This document shows positions 8,999 through 18,852 of a DNA stretch of 64,000 nucleotides, piece after piece (the stretch's first letter is position 1; each line of letters begins with the position of its first letter). The position numbers and the translations under genes were made by a program. The notes beneath the pieces are model-generated. The model was not told where the DNA came from. It made no database searches and saw only the letters and a program-made list of their open reading frames with translations. This DNA comes from Candidatus Multivorans sp. (GTDB taxonomy: Bacteria; Acidobacteriota; Thermoanaerobaculia; Multivoradales; Multivoraceae): assembly GCA_965224025.1 (NCBI GenBank), contig OZ245033.1, forward strand, positions 672,001-736,000, given 5' to 3'.

Positions 8999-10250
8999 TC
9001 GACTGAGTCCCGAGCTCGAGGCGGCGGCGGCCGAGGTCGCCGGCGCCGAGCGCGGCTTCCATCGGTTGCCGGCGGACCTCGACGCGGCCGGCAAGGCCGC
9101 GGTCCGACGGCGCGCCCTTGACCTCGCGAGCGGCAGCGGGCCGCTCAGCGCCATCGGCAGCTACACCCTGGACGACGAACGCTCCTCCACCCAGCACTGC
9201 GAGAACTTCATCGGCGCCGCGCAGGTGCCGATGGGTGTTGCCGGTCCGGTCCTGGTGCGGGGCAGCGAGATCGACGGCACGGTCAGCGTGCCGATGGCGA
9301 CCACCGAGGGCGCCCTGCTCGCGAGCGTGAACCGCGGCTGCCGCGCGATCACTGCGGCCGGCGGCGCCACCGTCTTCGTCGAGGACGTCGGCATGACCCG
9401 GGCGCCGGTCTTCCGCACCGCGGGGATCGAGGAGACCCGTCGCCTGCTTGATTGGCTGCGGGCGAAGGAGGAAACGATCCGGGCCAAGGCCCAGGAGACG
9501 AGCCGGTACCTGAAATTGCTGGAGATCCGTCCCTCGGTGGTCGGCAGCACGGTCTTCCTGCGGTTCCGCTTCGCCACCGGCGATGCGATGGGCATGAACA
9601 TGGTGACGATCGCCTGCGACCGCGTGGTGTCCGAGCTGATCGAACCGGAGACCGGCGTCGAGTGCGTCGCGCTTTCCGGCAACTACTGCGTCGACAAGAA
9701 GCCTTCGGCGGTCAACTACCAGCTCGGCAGGGGCAAGAGGATTCACGCCGAGGTCGTGCTCGACGAGCTGACCGTGCGCAAGGTGCTGAAGTCGGAGGCC
9801 AAGGCGCTCCAGGATGTGGCCTACCGCAAGAACCTGCTCGGTTCGGTGGCGGCCGGCGCGCTTGCGTTCAACGCGCAGTTCGCCAACGTGCTCGCGGCGG
9901 TGTTCGTGGCCTGCGGCCAGGACGTTGCCCACGTGGTCGAGGGCGCGATGGGAGTCGCCTCGTTCGAGGCGCGCGACGACGGTTCGGTCTACGCCTCGGT
10001 CTACATGCCGGATTGCCCGCTGGCGGCGATCGGCGGCGGCACGGGTCTGGACACCCAGCGCGAAGCGCTCGCCGTGATGGGCGTGCGGCCCGACCCGGAC
10101 CGGCCCGGTGCGGCGGTGCGGCGCCTGGCGGAGATCGTCGGCGCGGTCGTTCTCGCCGGGGAGCTGTCGCTCACCGCGGCGTTCACCTCGCGCGACCTGG
10201 CGAGGGCACACGAGCGGCTGGCCCGCTCCGACCCGGCGAACCCGGACTGA
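8991..10250 (+). CDS. hmgA: class I (archaeal/eukaryote-type) HMG-CoA reductase
   Basis: CENFIG, PMATTEGAL.AS, TGDAMGMNM, SGNYCVDKKPSAVN (class I cis-loop), GQD.AHVVE, GELSL..A..L.RAH. Confidence 0.93.
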   Translation: MADRLSPELEAAAAEVAGAERGFHRLPADLDAAGKAAVRRRALDLASGSGPLSAIGSYTLDDERSSTQHCENFIGAAQVPMGVAGPVLVRGSEIDGTVSVPMATTEGALLASVNRGCRAITAAGGATVFVEDVGMTRAPVFRTAGIEETRRLLDWLRAKEETIRAKAQETSRYLKLLEIRPSVVGSTVFLRFRFATGDAMGMNMVTIACDRVVSELIEPETGVECVALSGNYCVDKKPSAVNYQLGRGKRIHAEVVLDELTVRKVLKSEAKALQDVAYRKNLLGSVAAGALAFNAQFANVLAAVFVACGQDVAHVVEGAMGVASFEARDDGSVYASVYMPDCPLAAIGGGTGLDTQREALAVMGVRPDPDRPGAAVRRLAEIVGAVVLAGELSLTAAFTSRDLARAHERLARSDPANPD

Positions 10251-10259
10251 TCGCCGCCC

Positions 10260-11390
10260 ATGGCCGACGCCAGAACGGTGCGGCTGAGCGTGCCCGGCAA
10301 GGTCATCCTGATGGGCGAGCACGCGGCTGTGTACGGCCGGCCGGCGGTGGTGGCGGCGGTTGACCTGCGTCTCACGGTGGAGGCGTGTGTGGGATCGGCG
10401 GCCGCCACGAGCGGCGGCGAGGTCCACATCGATATGCCCGACATCGGGGTTGAAGAGCAGCATTCTTGGACGGCGGTGGCGAACTTCGCGAAGCGGGCGC
10501 GCCGGCGCTGGCTTGCCTTCAGAGCGGGCGAGGAGCCGTTCTCCGTGAATCGGGACCGCGGCGCTCTGGTTCGCATCGCGGTTGGCGAGGCGCTCGCTTC
10601 GCTGACGCCGCTGGCTTCGGCAGGGCTGCGGGAACGGCATCTGGAACTGAGGTTGCGTTCGTTGATTCCGGTCGGGGCCGGCCTGGGCAGTTCGGCGGCA
10701 GCCGCGGTGGGAGTAGTTTCGGCGATTCGCGCAGCTTCGTCGGCGATGTTGGGCGGGAGCGTTGAGCCGGCCGCAGCTTTCGCACAGGCCGAGGTCGCCG
10801 CGATCGAGTCCACGGCGCTGGAAGTCGAGCGGCGGCAGCACGGGTTCCCGTCGGGCATCGACAGCGGCACGGTCCTGCGGGGCGGTGTTCTCCTGATACG
10901 CGACAGAGGGGGCGACCTGCGGTTCGACGACTTGCCCCAGCGGGAGTGGCTTCGAAGCGGGATCCGGATCGTCGACAGTGGCACGCCGGGCCAAACGACG
11001 GGTGCCGTGGTGACGACTGTTCGTCGGCGATACGAGGAGAATCCGGAACGGGTTGACGTGGTGCTCGACCGGATCGGTTCGGCCGTCGATGCCTTTCGCG
11101 TGGCCCTGGTCGACGATCGGCGTCGCGACGCGGTGGCGGCGATCTCGGCCGCTCATGGGGCTCTGGTCGATCTCGGCGTCGTGCCGGGCGCCATCGCTGA
11201 ACGCATCGCAAGGATCGAGGCCGCCGGCGGCGCCGCCAAGATCTCGGGCGCCGGGGCGCTCGAGGGCGAATCGGCGGGAGCGCTGATCTGCATGCTCCGG
11301 GGACGTGAGCCGGAAACGATCGAAGGCTTGTCGGATCTCGCACCGGTCGATGCGCCCATCGGGGCGGACGGCCTGCGGTTCGAGGACTGA
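10260..11390 (+). CDS. mvk: mevalonate kinase
   Basis: PGKVILMGEHAAVYG, GHMP motif PVGAGLGSSAA, HG.PSGID, AKISGAG. Confidence 0.88.
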   Translation: MADARTVRLSVPGKVILMGEHAAVYGRPAVVAAVDLRLTVEACVGSAAATSGGEVHIDMPDIGVEEQHSWTAVANFAKRARRRWLAFRAGEEPFSVNRDRGALVRIAVGEALASLTPLASAGLRERHLELRLRSLIPVGAGLGSSAAAAVGVVSAIRAASSAMLGGSVEPAAAFAQAEVAAIESTALEVERRQHGFPSGIDSGTVLRGGVLLIRDRGGDLRFDDLPQREWLRSGIRIVDSGTPGQTTGAVVTTVRRRYEENPERVDVVLDRIGSAVDAFRVALVDDRRRDAVAAISAAHGALVDLGVVPGAIAERIARIEAAGGAAKISGAGALEGESAGALICMLRGREPETIEGLSDLAPVDAPIGADGLRFED

Positions 11391-11434
11391 GCTAGGCCAG
11401 GACGGAGACTCGCGCACCGACGTCCAGCCCAGTC

Positions 11435-11595
11435 GGGTCAGGAGGGGTCGGCTCCCAGGTGCCTCTGAACGAGCGCCGGCCAACGCCCTCCCAGGAACCG
11501 ACGCCCAACCGGAGCGAGTGAAGCGGAGTGAGCGCCACCCCCTCCCATCTCCTCTCAAGCGCTCACGTCACCTGGGAGCAGACCCCTCCTGACCC
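11435..11595. repeat. 161-bp intergenic element with 27-bp inverted ends, containing a family C core
   Basis: gggtcaggaggggtcggctcccaggtg (11435-11461) vs cacctgggagcagacccctcctgaccc (11569-11595), one mismatch. Confidence 0.75.
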
Positions 11596-11697
11596 AAGAC
11601 GGGCGGGTGCGTCCTCCGCCGCTACACGCGCCGTCGCCGGCGCACTCAGTTCTGGCGCGCACGCGGTGGAGTGCGGCTGTAGGCTCGGAATCGAGTC

Positions 11698-12762
11698 ATG
11701 GAGTCCACCCTCGTACCGGTGCGCGAGCCGGGTCCGGTGACCGCGGAGGCGCCGTCGAACATCGCCTTCATCAAGTACTGGGGCGCTCGCGATCTCGAAG
11801 GCGATTCTGAAGGTCCCGTGCCGTTCAACCGATCGCTGTCGATGACCCTCCGCGCGTGCCGGTCCATCTGTTCGGCGTCGCCGCTCGCGGACGGCAAGGA
11901 GGACGAAGTCTGGTGGCTGGACAAGCCGGCCGGCGACCGGCCGGGCGCGCCCGCCCCGCCGCCCCCGGCCTTCGTCGAGCGCACCAGGCGGCACCTCGAC
12001 CGGCTGCGCGAGTGGTCTCGTCAGACGGCCGCGCCGTACGCAGGCGGGTTCCGGATCGCGACCTGCAACACCTTCCCGACGGCTGCCGGAATCGCCTCGT
12101 CGGCCTCTGGTTTCACCGCCCTGACGCTTGCCGTAGCGACCTGCATGGGCTTCGACCTGGCCCCGCGAACGCACTCGGAGCTGTCGCGGAGAAGCGGTTC
12201 GGGTTCGGCCGCGCGTTCCGCATGGGGTGGCTACGTGGAGTGGCCAGATGTCGACGGCAACGCGGCTGTCCAGATCCTCGACGAGCGGGCCTGGGTGCTG
12301 TGCGATCTGGTCGCCGTCGTCGAGACCGGGGCGAAGAAGGTGTCGTCGCGGGACGGCCACCGGCGGGCCGAGAGCAGTCCGTACTTCGCGCCGCGCCTCG
12401 CTGCGCTCGACGGGCGGCTGGAGCGGGTGCGCGCCGCGCTGCGCGACCGCAACTTCAAGGCGCTCGGCGACGCGGTCGAGGAGGAGGGGATCGATCTGCA
12501 CCTGATCGCGATGTCCTCCCGGCCGCCGGTCTACTACTGGTCGCCGGGGACGATCGAGGTGCTGGCGGCTGTTCGTGGCTTGCGCGCCGACGGCGTTGCC
12601 GCCTACGCCACGATGGACGCCGGCGCGAACGTTCACGTGATCTGCCGGCCGGCCGATGCGCCGCAGGCGGCGGACCGGCTGGAGGCGCTCGACAGCGTCG
12701 AGTACGTCCTGCGCGATCGCACGGGCGGCCCGCCGGTGTGGCGAAGCGGCGCCGAGCTCTGA
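11698..12762 (+). CDS. mvaD: MvaD-family decarboxylase, probably phosphomevalonate (mevalonate-5-P) decarboxylase
   Basis: APSNIAFIKYWG, P.N.SLSMTL, FPTAAGIASSASGF, SGSGSAARS, T.DAG.NVHVI; substrate inferred from adjacent IPK and absent PMK. Confidence 0.85.
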   Translation: MESTLVPVREPGPVTAEAPSNIAFIKYWGARDLEGDSEGPVPFNRSLSMTLRACRSICSASPLADGKEDEVWWLDKPAGDRPGAPAPPPPAFVERTRRHLDRLREWSRQTAAPYAGGFRIATCNTFPTAAGIASSASGFTALTLAVATCMGFDLAPRTHSELSRRSGSGSAARSAWGGYVEWPDVDGNAAVQILDERAWVLCDLVAVVETGAKKVSSRDGHRRAESSPYFAPRLAALDGRLERVRAALRDRNFKALGDAVEEEGIDLHLIAMSSRPPVYYWSPGTIEVLAAVRGLRADGVAAYATMDAGANVHVICRPADAPQAADRLEALDSVEYVLRDRTGGPPVWRSGAEL

Positions 12763-12764
12763 CC

Positions 12765-13703
12765 ATGGCCGCCGGTTCGAGGCAGCAAGAGGGCGATACG
12801 CGGGGCCGGCTGGGCGTGACCCTGGTCAAGCTCGGCGGCAGCCTGATCACCGACAAGACGAAGCCGCGCACCGTCGAGCGGGAACGCGTGCGGCGGCTGG
12901 CGGCCGAGATCGCCGCCGGGTGGACGGGCGGCGGCCTGATCGTCGGCCACGGCAGCGGCTCCTTCGGTCATCCGGAAGCGCGGGCGGCCGGCCTGGTCGG
13001 AGGCGGGGGCGGCCGCCGGCTCGACTCGCTGGCGGACCGGATGGGCATCGCCCGCACGCAGTCCGCGGCGCAGGCCCTGCACCGGATGATCGTCTCCAGT
13101 CTGATCGACGCCGGCGTGCCGGCGTACTCCCAGCCGCCGTCCGGCTTCCTGGTGGCGGAGGACGGAAAGCCGCACGGCGATCCCCCCGCGCCCCTGGCCG
13201 AAGCTCTGCGGTTGGGCCTGGCGCCGGTGACCATGGGCGACGTGGCGATCGACCGCCGGCGCGGGGCGGCGATCGTCTCGACCGAGACCGTGTTCGAGTT
13301 TCTGGCCGGCGCGCTGCCGCCGCTCGGGATCGAGGTGCGGCGCGCCTTGTGGCTGGGCGTTGTGGCGGGCGTCCTGGATGACGCGGGCCGGCTGATTGCG
13401 CGCATCGACGCGACGAACATCGAGGCGGCTTCGGCGGCCGCCGGCGGTTCGGCGGCGGTCGACGTGACGGGCGGCATGGAGCACCGCCTGGTCACCGCCT
13501 GGCGTCTGGCCCGGGGCGGCGTGGAGTCGCTGATTCTCGACGGCCGCGAGCCGGGCCTGCTGGAGGCCGTGCTCCGGCATCCGGGGCGTGCGGCGGAAGG
13601 CGCCGGTACACTCGTCTGTTCCAGGGAACCCGGGTGGCGCAAGCTTGCGCCACCCGCGAACCAGTCCGAGCGCCCGTCATCGGGCGCTCGGAGGGAACGA
13701 TGA
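12765..13703 (+). CDS. ipk: isopentenyl phosphate kinase (amino-acid kinase fold)
   Basis: VKLGGSLITDK, GHGSGSFGH (IPK His signature), GDV, IVSTE, DVTGGM; starts 2 nt after the mvaD stop. Confidence 0.88.
   Translation: MAAGSRQQEGDTRGRLGVTLVKLGGSLITDKTKPRTVERERVRRLAAEIAAGWTGGGLIVGHGSGSFGHPEARAAGLVGGGGGRRLDSLADRMGIARTQSAAQALHRMIVSSLIDAGVPAYSQPPSGFLVAEDGKPHGDPPAPLAEALRLGLAPVTMGDVAIDRRRGAAIVSTETVFEFLAGALPPLGIEVRRALWLGVVAGVLDDAGRLIARIDATNIEAASAAAGGSAAVDVTGGMEHRLVTAWRLARGGVESLILDGREPGLLEAVLRHPGRAAEGAGTLVCSREPGWRKLAPPANQSERPSSGARRER
13627..13698 (+). repeat. double-hairpin repeat, family D, copy 2 (within ipk 3' end, just before mntR ATG)
   Basis: cgggtggcgc/gcgccacccg, cgaaccag, tccgagcgcccg-tcat-cgggcgctcgga. 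Confidence 0.8.
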
Positions 13704-14380
13704 CCATGCGCGCGAGCAGCACCGTCGAGGACTACTTGAAGTGCATCTTCCTGGCCGAGCAGGAGGCGCGGCAGAGGGGGCAAGACCTCGTGCCCATGGG
13801 CCATATCGCGGGTCTACTGGAGGTGGCGCCGGCTTCGGTCACCGCGATGATGAAGACTCTGGCCGAGTCCGGTCTCATCGCCTACGAGCCCTACAGCGGT
13901 GTACGGCTGGAGCCCGCGGGCCGCAAGCTGGCGGCGCACGTCCTCCGGCGGCACCGGCTGGTCGAGTTGTTTCTGGTCAACAAGATGGGCTTCGACTGGA
14001 GCGAGGTCCACTCCGAGGCCGAGCTGCTCGAGCACGCGGTTTCCGAACGGATGATCGAGCGGATGGACGAAATGCTGGGCCATCCGTCGGTCGACCCGCA
14101 CGGCGATCCGATCCCCAGCGCCGACGGCCATATCGAGATCGTGGACCATCCCAGCCTGCTGAAGTGCGCGCTGAACTGCACGGTCGAGGTGGTGCGGGTC
14201 ACCGATCAGGACGCTGAGTTCCTGCGCTTCGCCGAGCGCGAGGGTCTGGCGCCCGGGAAGTGGGTCGAGGTGGCGGCGCGGGACGAGACCGCGGGCAGCG
14301 TCGCGGTGATCTCCGGGACCAGGCAGCTCAGCCTGGGGTTCCCGGCCGCGTCCAGGGTTCTGGTGCGAGAGGCGCCGTGA
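13700..14380 (+). CDS. mntR: DtxR/MntR-family metal-dependent repressor with C-terminal FeoA-like domain
   Basis: TVEDYLKCI, V.PASVT.M.K.L, RRHRLVELFL, HSEAELLEH, DPHGDPIP; ATGA overlap with ipk stop. Confidence 0.88.
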   Translation: MTMRASSTVEDYLKCIFLAEQEARQRGQDLVPMGHIAGLLEVAPASVTAMMKTLAESGLIAYEPYSGVRLEPAGRKLAAHVLRRHRLVELFLVNKMGFDWSEVHSEAELLEHAVSERMIERMDEMLGHPSVDPHGDPIPSADGHIEIVDHPSLLKCALNCTVEVVRVTDQDAEFLRFAEREGLAPGKWVEVAARDETAGSVAVISGTRQLSLGFPAASRVLVREAP

Positions 14381-14417
14381 ACTGCGGCCACCTGCGGCCC
14401 GGTCTCGGGGGTTGGGA

Positions 14418-14923
14418 CTAGCCCGTCGTCTCGCCGGTTGGGGTGACCACGAACAGCGGATCGCCACCGTCGACGGTCTGACCGACCTCGACCAGGAGCT
14501 TGTCCAGCCGGCCATCGATTTCCGACTGGATCTCGTTCTCCATCTTCATCGCCTCGAGCACGAGGACGCCCTGGCCGGAGGCCACGTTCTCGCCTTTGAC
14601 GGCGAGCACCGCGGTGACCCGGCCGGGCATGTAGGCGGTGGCCTCGAACACGCCGTCCTCGGCCTGCTCTGCGGCGGCGGCGAAGTCCCGCGACCGGGCG
14701 TCGATCACCCGCAGTTCGGCGCCGTCGACGACGTAGACGCCCTTGCCGAGGGCGCGGACGCTCGCTGTGGCCTGGCGTCCTTCGACGATCACGCTCAGCA
14801 CGTCCGGACGGCCCACGGTCGCCGCGTCGACCCGGTACTCGCGGCCGTCGATGGCGATGGTCCAGTTGCCGTTCGTTTCGGCCTGGGCCTCGACCTGGAC
14901 TTCGCGGTCCGCGCTGGCGACGA

Positions 14924-14933
<10 letters not shown>
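14418..14933 (-). CDS. biotin carboxyl carrier protein
   Basis: AYMPGRV..EAMKMENEI biotinylation motif. Confidence 0.9.
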
Positions 14934-16468
<1,535 letters not shown>

Positions 16469-16556
16469 GCCAGGAGGCGAATCCTAGCGCCGTCAGCCCC
16501 GAAAGCCTCACTCCGCGCGGGAGTTATAGTGTTTGTTCCAACCTGGAGGAGAGGCG

Positions 16557-17924
16557 ATGAACATGGAAGGAAGTCTCGGGCAGGACGGGGGCGGCGGCGA
16601 GAACTGGGGTCCTCCGGTGACCAGGAAATCCCTGATGCGAGGCGGTCTGGCGGCGCTGCTCGTGGCGCCGTGGACGGCATCGTCCTTCGGAGCTGGAGGC
16701 GGACAGGAATCGGACGACGAAGGCGCCGAGGCGTCGGGCCGGACCCAGGGCTCGGGCGCCACCGACGACGAGATCGTCCTAGGCGTGTCCGCCGCCTTCT
16801 CGGGCCCGTCCAGGGGTCTGGGCGCCGAGCTCTACCGGGGCGCCACGGCGTACTTCAACCACGTGAACGACAACGGCGGCATCGAGGGCCGCAAGATCAG
16901 CATGAAGCTGTACGACGACGGATATCAGCCCGACCCGTGCGTTCAGAACACGATGAGGCTCATGCTGGAGGACAAGGTGTTCCTTCTCTTCGGTTATGTC
17001 GGAACGCCGACCGTCACTCGGGTGCTGCCGATCCTCAAGAAGTTCCAGAACGAGAGCGTCTTCCTGTTCTTCCCCTTCACCGGCGCCCAGCCGCAGCGTG
17101 AGCCGCCCTACGGCGAGTTCGCGTTCAACCTGCGGGCTTCCTACAACCAGGAGACAGCCGGTCTCGTCGACAACCTGGTGCGCATCGGCAAGCGGCGGAT
17201 CGCCGTCTTCTACCAGATCGACGCCTACGGGCGCAGCGGTTGGGCGGGGGTCCGGGCGGCTCTGGCCAAGCACGGGGAGAAGCTTGCCGGCGAAGCCACC
17301 TACAGCCGGGGCGAGAAGTTCACGGGCAGCATGAGGAAGCAGGTGGAGATCCGGCGGAGCGTTTCGCCGGACGCGGTGATCTGTGTCGGGGCCTACGCGG
17401 CCTGCGCCGCCTTCGCGCGCGACGCGGTGGATTTGGGACTCGACGTTCCGATCGCCAACCTGTCCTTCGTGGGCAGCGAGAACCTGCTCAAGCTTCTGAC
17501 CGAGGGCCGCGACGACAGCGAGGAGTACACGCGGCTGCTGATCAACTCCCAGGTGGTCCCGAGCTACGAAGACGCGTCGATTCCGGCGGTCACTGAGTAC
17601 CGCGCGCTGATGGCCCACCACGACCCCCAGGTTCCGCGGGAACTGGTCCAGGAGGAGTACACGCCCTTCGCGCACAGCTTCGGCAGTCTCGAGGGCTTCC
17701 TCAACGCCAAGCTCCTGGCGGAGATCCTCCGGCGGCTCGGTCCGAGTCCCGACCGGGCGGGACTGGAGAAAGCCGTGTTCTCCGTCCGCGACTTCGATGT
17801 CGGGATCAGCGAGAAGGTGTCGTTCGGCCCCGACCGTCGCCAGGGGCTTCAGAGCGTGTACCACACCGTGGTGGAAGGCGGTCGGTTCGTGCCCCTGGAA
17901 GACTGGGGCGCCAGGTTCGCCTGA
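16557..17924 (+). CDS. periplasmic binding protein type 1 (LivJ/branched-chain-like), possible Tat-type signal
   Basis: LGVSAAFSGP, VNDNGGIEGRKI, YDDGYQP, GYVGTPT, LRASY; N-terminal TRKSLMRGGLAALL; GGAGGAGAGG RBS. Confidence 0.85.
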   Translation: MNMEGSLGQDGGGGENWGPPVTRKSLMRGGLAALLVAPWTASSFGAGGGQESDDEGAEASGRTQGSGATDDEIVLGVSAAFSGPSRGLGAELYRGATAYFNHVNDNGGIEGRKISMKLYDDGYQPDPCVQNTMRLMLEDKVFLLFGYVGTPTVTRVLPILKKFQNESVFLFFPFTGAQPQREPPYGEFAFNLRASYNQETAGLVDNLVRIGKRRIAVFYQIDAYGRSGWAGVRAALAKHGEKLAGEATYSRGEKFTGSMRKQVEIRRSVSPDAVICVGAYAACAAFARDAVDLGLDVPIANLSFVGSENLLKLLTEGRDDSEEYTRLLINSQVVPSYEDASIPAVTEYRALMAHHDPQVPRELVQEEYTPFAHSFGSLEGFLNAKLLAEILRRLGPSPDRAGLEKAVFSVRDFDVGISEKVSFGPDRRQGLQSVYHTVVEGGRFVPLEDWGARFA

Positions 17925-17941
17925 CATCGGTTCCTCCTGAG

Positions 17942-18682
17942 ATGAGAATCCACAGGCTGTTCCAGAAGACGAGGTTCGGCATCTTCGCCGTCTTCGGCCT
18001 GATCGTCCTGTCGACTTCGATTCTCTGCATCTACACCGTGGACACCGAGCTGTCGGCGGAGTACGAGATCAACACCCGGAACATCGCCAAGACGGTCGCG
18101 GACTCGAGCGTCGGCATTCTCCTGAACCGGGATCTGGCGACCCTGCAGTCGCTGGTCGATCAGTTCCTCGATGTGCAAGGCATCGAGTACATCTACATCA
18201 CGAGCGAGTCGGGCGAGTTCCTGGCCCACACGTTCGTGCCGGGGATCCCCGAGGAGATCCTGCAGAGCGACCACAGCAGCACGGAACCGGTCGAACGGAG
18301 ACTGCCCGGGATGGGAGATTTCATCGAGGTCGGCAGCCCGATTCTGGCCGGAGTCGCCGGCACGGTTCATGTCGGCGTGGACCTCGACGTCGTGGCGCTC
18401 AAGATCCAGCGGGCGATCGGACAGCAGGTCTACCTGATCTGCGTCATCCTCGTTTTCGGCGTGCTGGCCTCGGTGTGGCTGATCAACCTGGCGGCGAAAC
18501 CGCTGGGACAACTCCTCGCCTACGCGGTGGAATTGGCCAGGGACGGTGAGAAGGAAGACCTTGCCGAGCGGGACATTCTCGGGCGAGACGACGAGGTGGG
18601 GCATCTGGCCCGCCTGTTTCTTCACGTAACGCGGCGGGGGACCGGGCGGGCCTCGGCGGCGGGCGTTCCCGCTCGGGAGTAG
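17942..18682 (+). CDS. two-TM membrane sensor-like protein with extracytoplasmic domain and HAMP, no output domain
   Basis: TM1, Cache-like YIYITSESGEFLAHTF region, TM2, KPLGQL...RDDEVGHLARLF HAMP, then stop. Confidence 0.75.
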   Translation: MRIHRLFQKTRFGIFAVFGLIVLSTSILCIYTVDTELSAEYEINTRNIAKTVADSSVGILLNRDLATLQSLVDQFLDVQGIEYIYITSESGEFLAHTFVPGIPEEILQSDHSSTEPVERRLPGMGDFIEVGSPILAGVAGTVHVGVDLDVVALKIQRAIGQQVYLICVILVFGVLASVWLINLAAKPLGQLLAYAVELARDGEKEDLAERDILGRDDEVGHLARLFLHVTRRGTGRASAAGVPARE

Positions 18683-18683
18683 C

Positions 18684-18844
18684 GCCGCCAAACCTGTCGC
18701 AGGCTCCATGTTTGGCCCCAGCCCCACCTCCCCATGACCTCGCGCCGCGGCACTCGCTTCGCTGCGTTCTGCGGCGCAAACTTGCATGGAACAAACCCTT
18801 TCCTGTGCGTCAGCGCGGCGCGGACGCCGCGACTCGACTCCTAG
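18684..18844 (+). repeat. long intergenic repeat, family B
   Basis: gccgcca..tcgcaggctc..gtttggccccagcccc..cttgcatggaac..tgcgtcagcgcggcgcggacgccgcgactcgactcct shared with 49527-49743 and 31992-32050. Confidence 0.85.
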
Positions 18845-18852
18845 GCGGCGGC

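Noticed and set aside
8544-11558. 1004-aa minus-strand ORF and other long overlapping ORFs (4824-6659, 15023-17101, 37939-40212)
   Set aside because: Arg/Pro/Ala-rich shadow frames of well-supported genes, expected in high-GC DNA; no motifs.
11856-13703. 615-aa ORF suggesting a large IPK fusion; likewise 867 aa (22542), 723 aa (58686) and 623 aa (33939)
   Set aside because: The N-terminal extensions overlap upstream genes in another frame; real starts are at the stop/start junctions (12765, 23685, 57711, 33477).
18712-18852. Similar N-terminal peptides (MAPAPP..LRCVLRRKL) on the MFS ORF and the 51293 ORF, suggesting a shared leader domain
   Set aside because: Both are translations of the family B DNA repeat upstream of the real starts.
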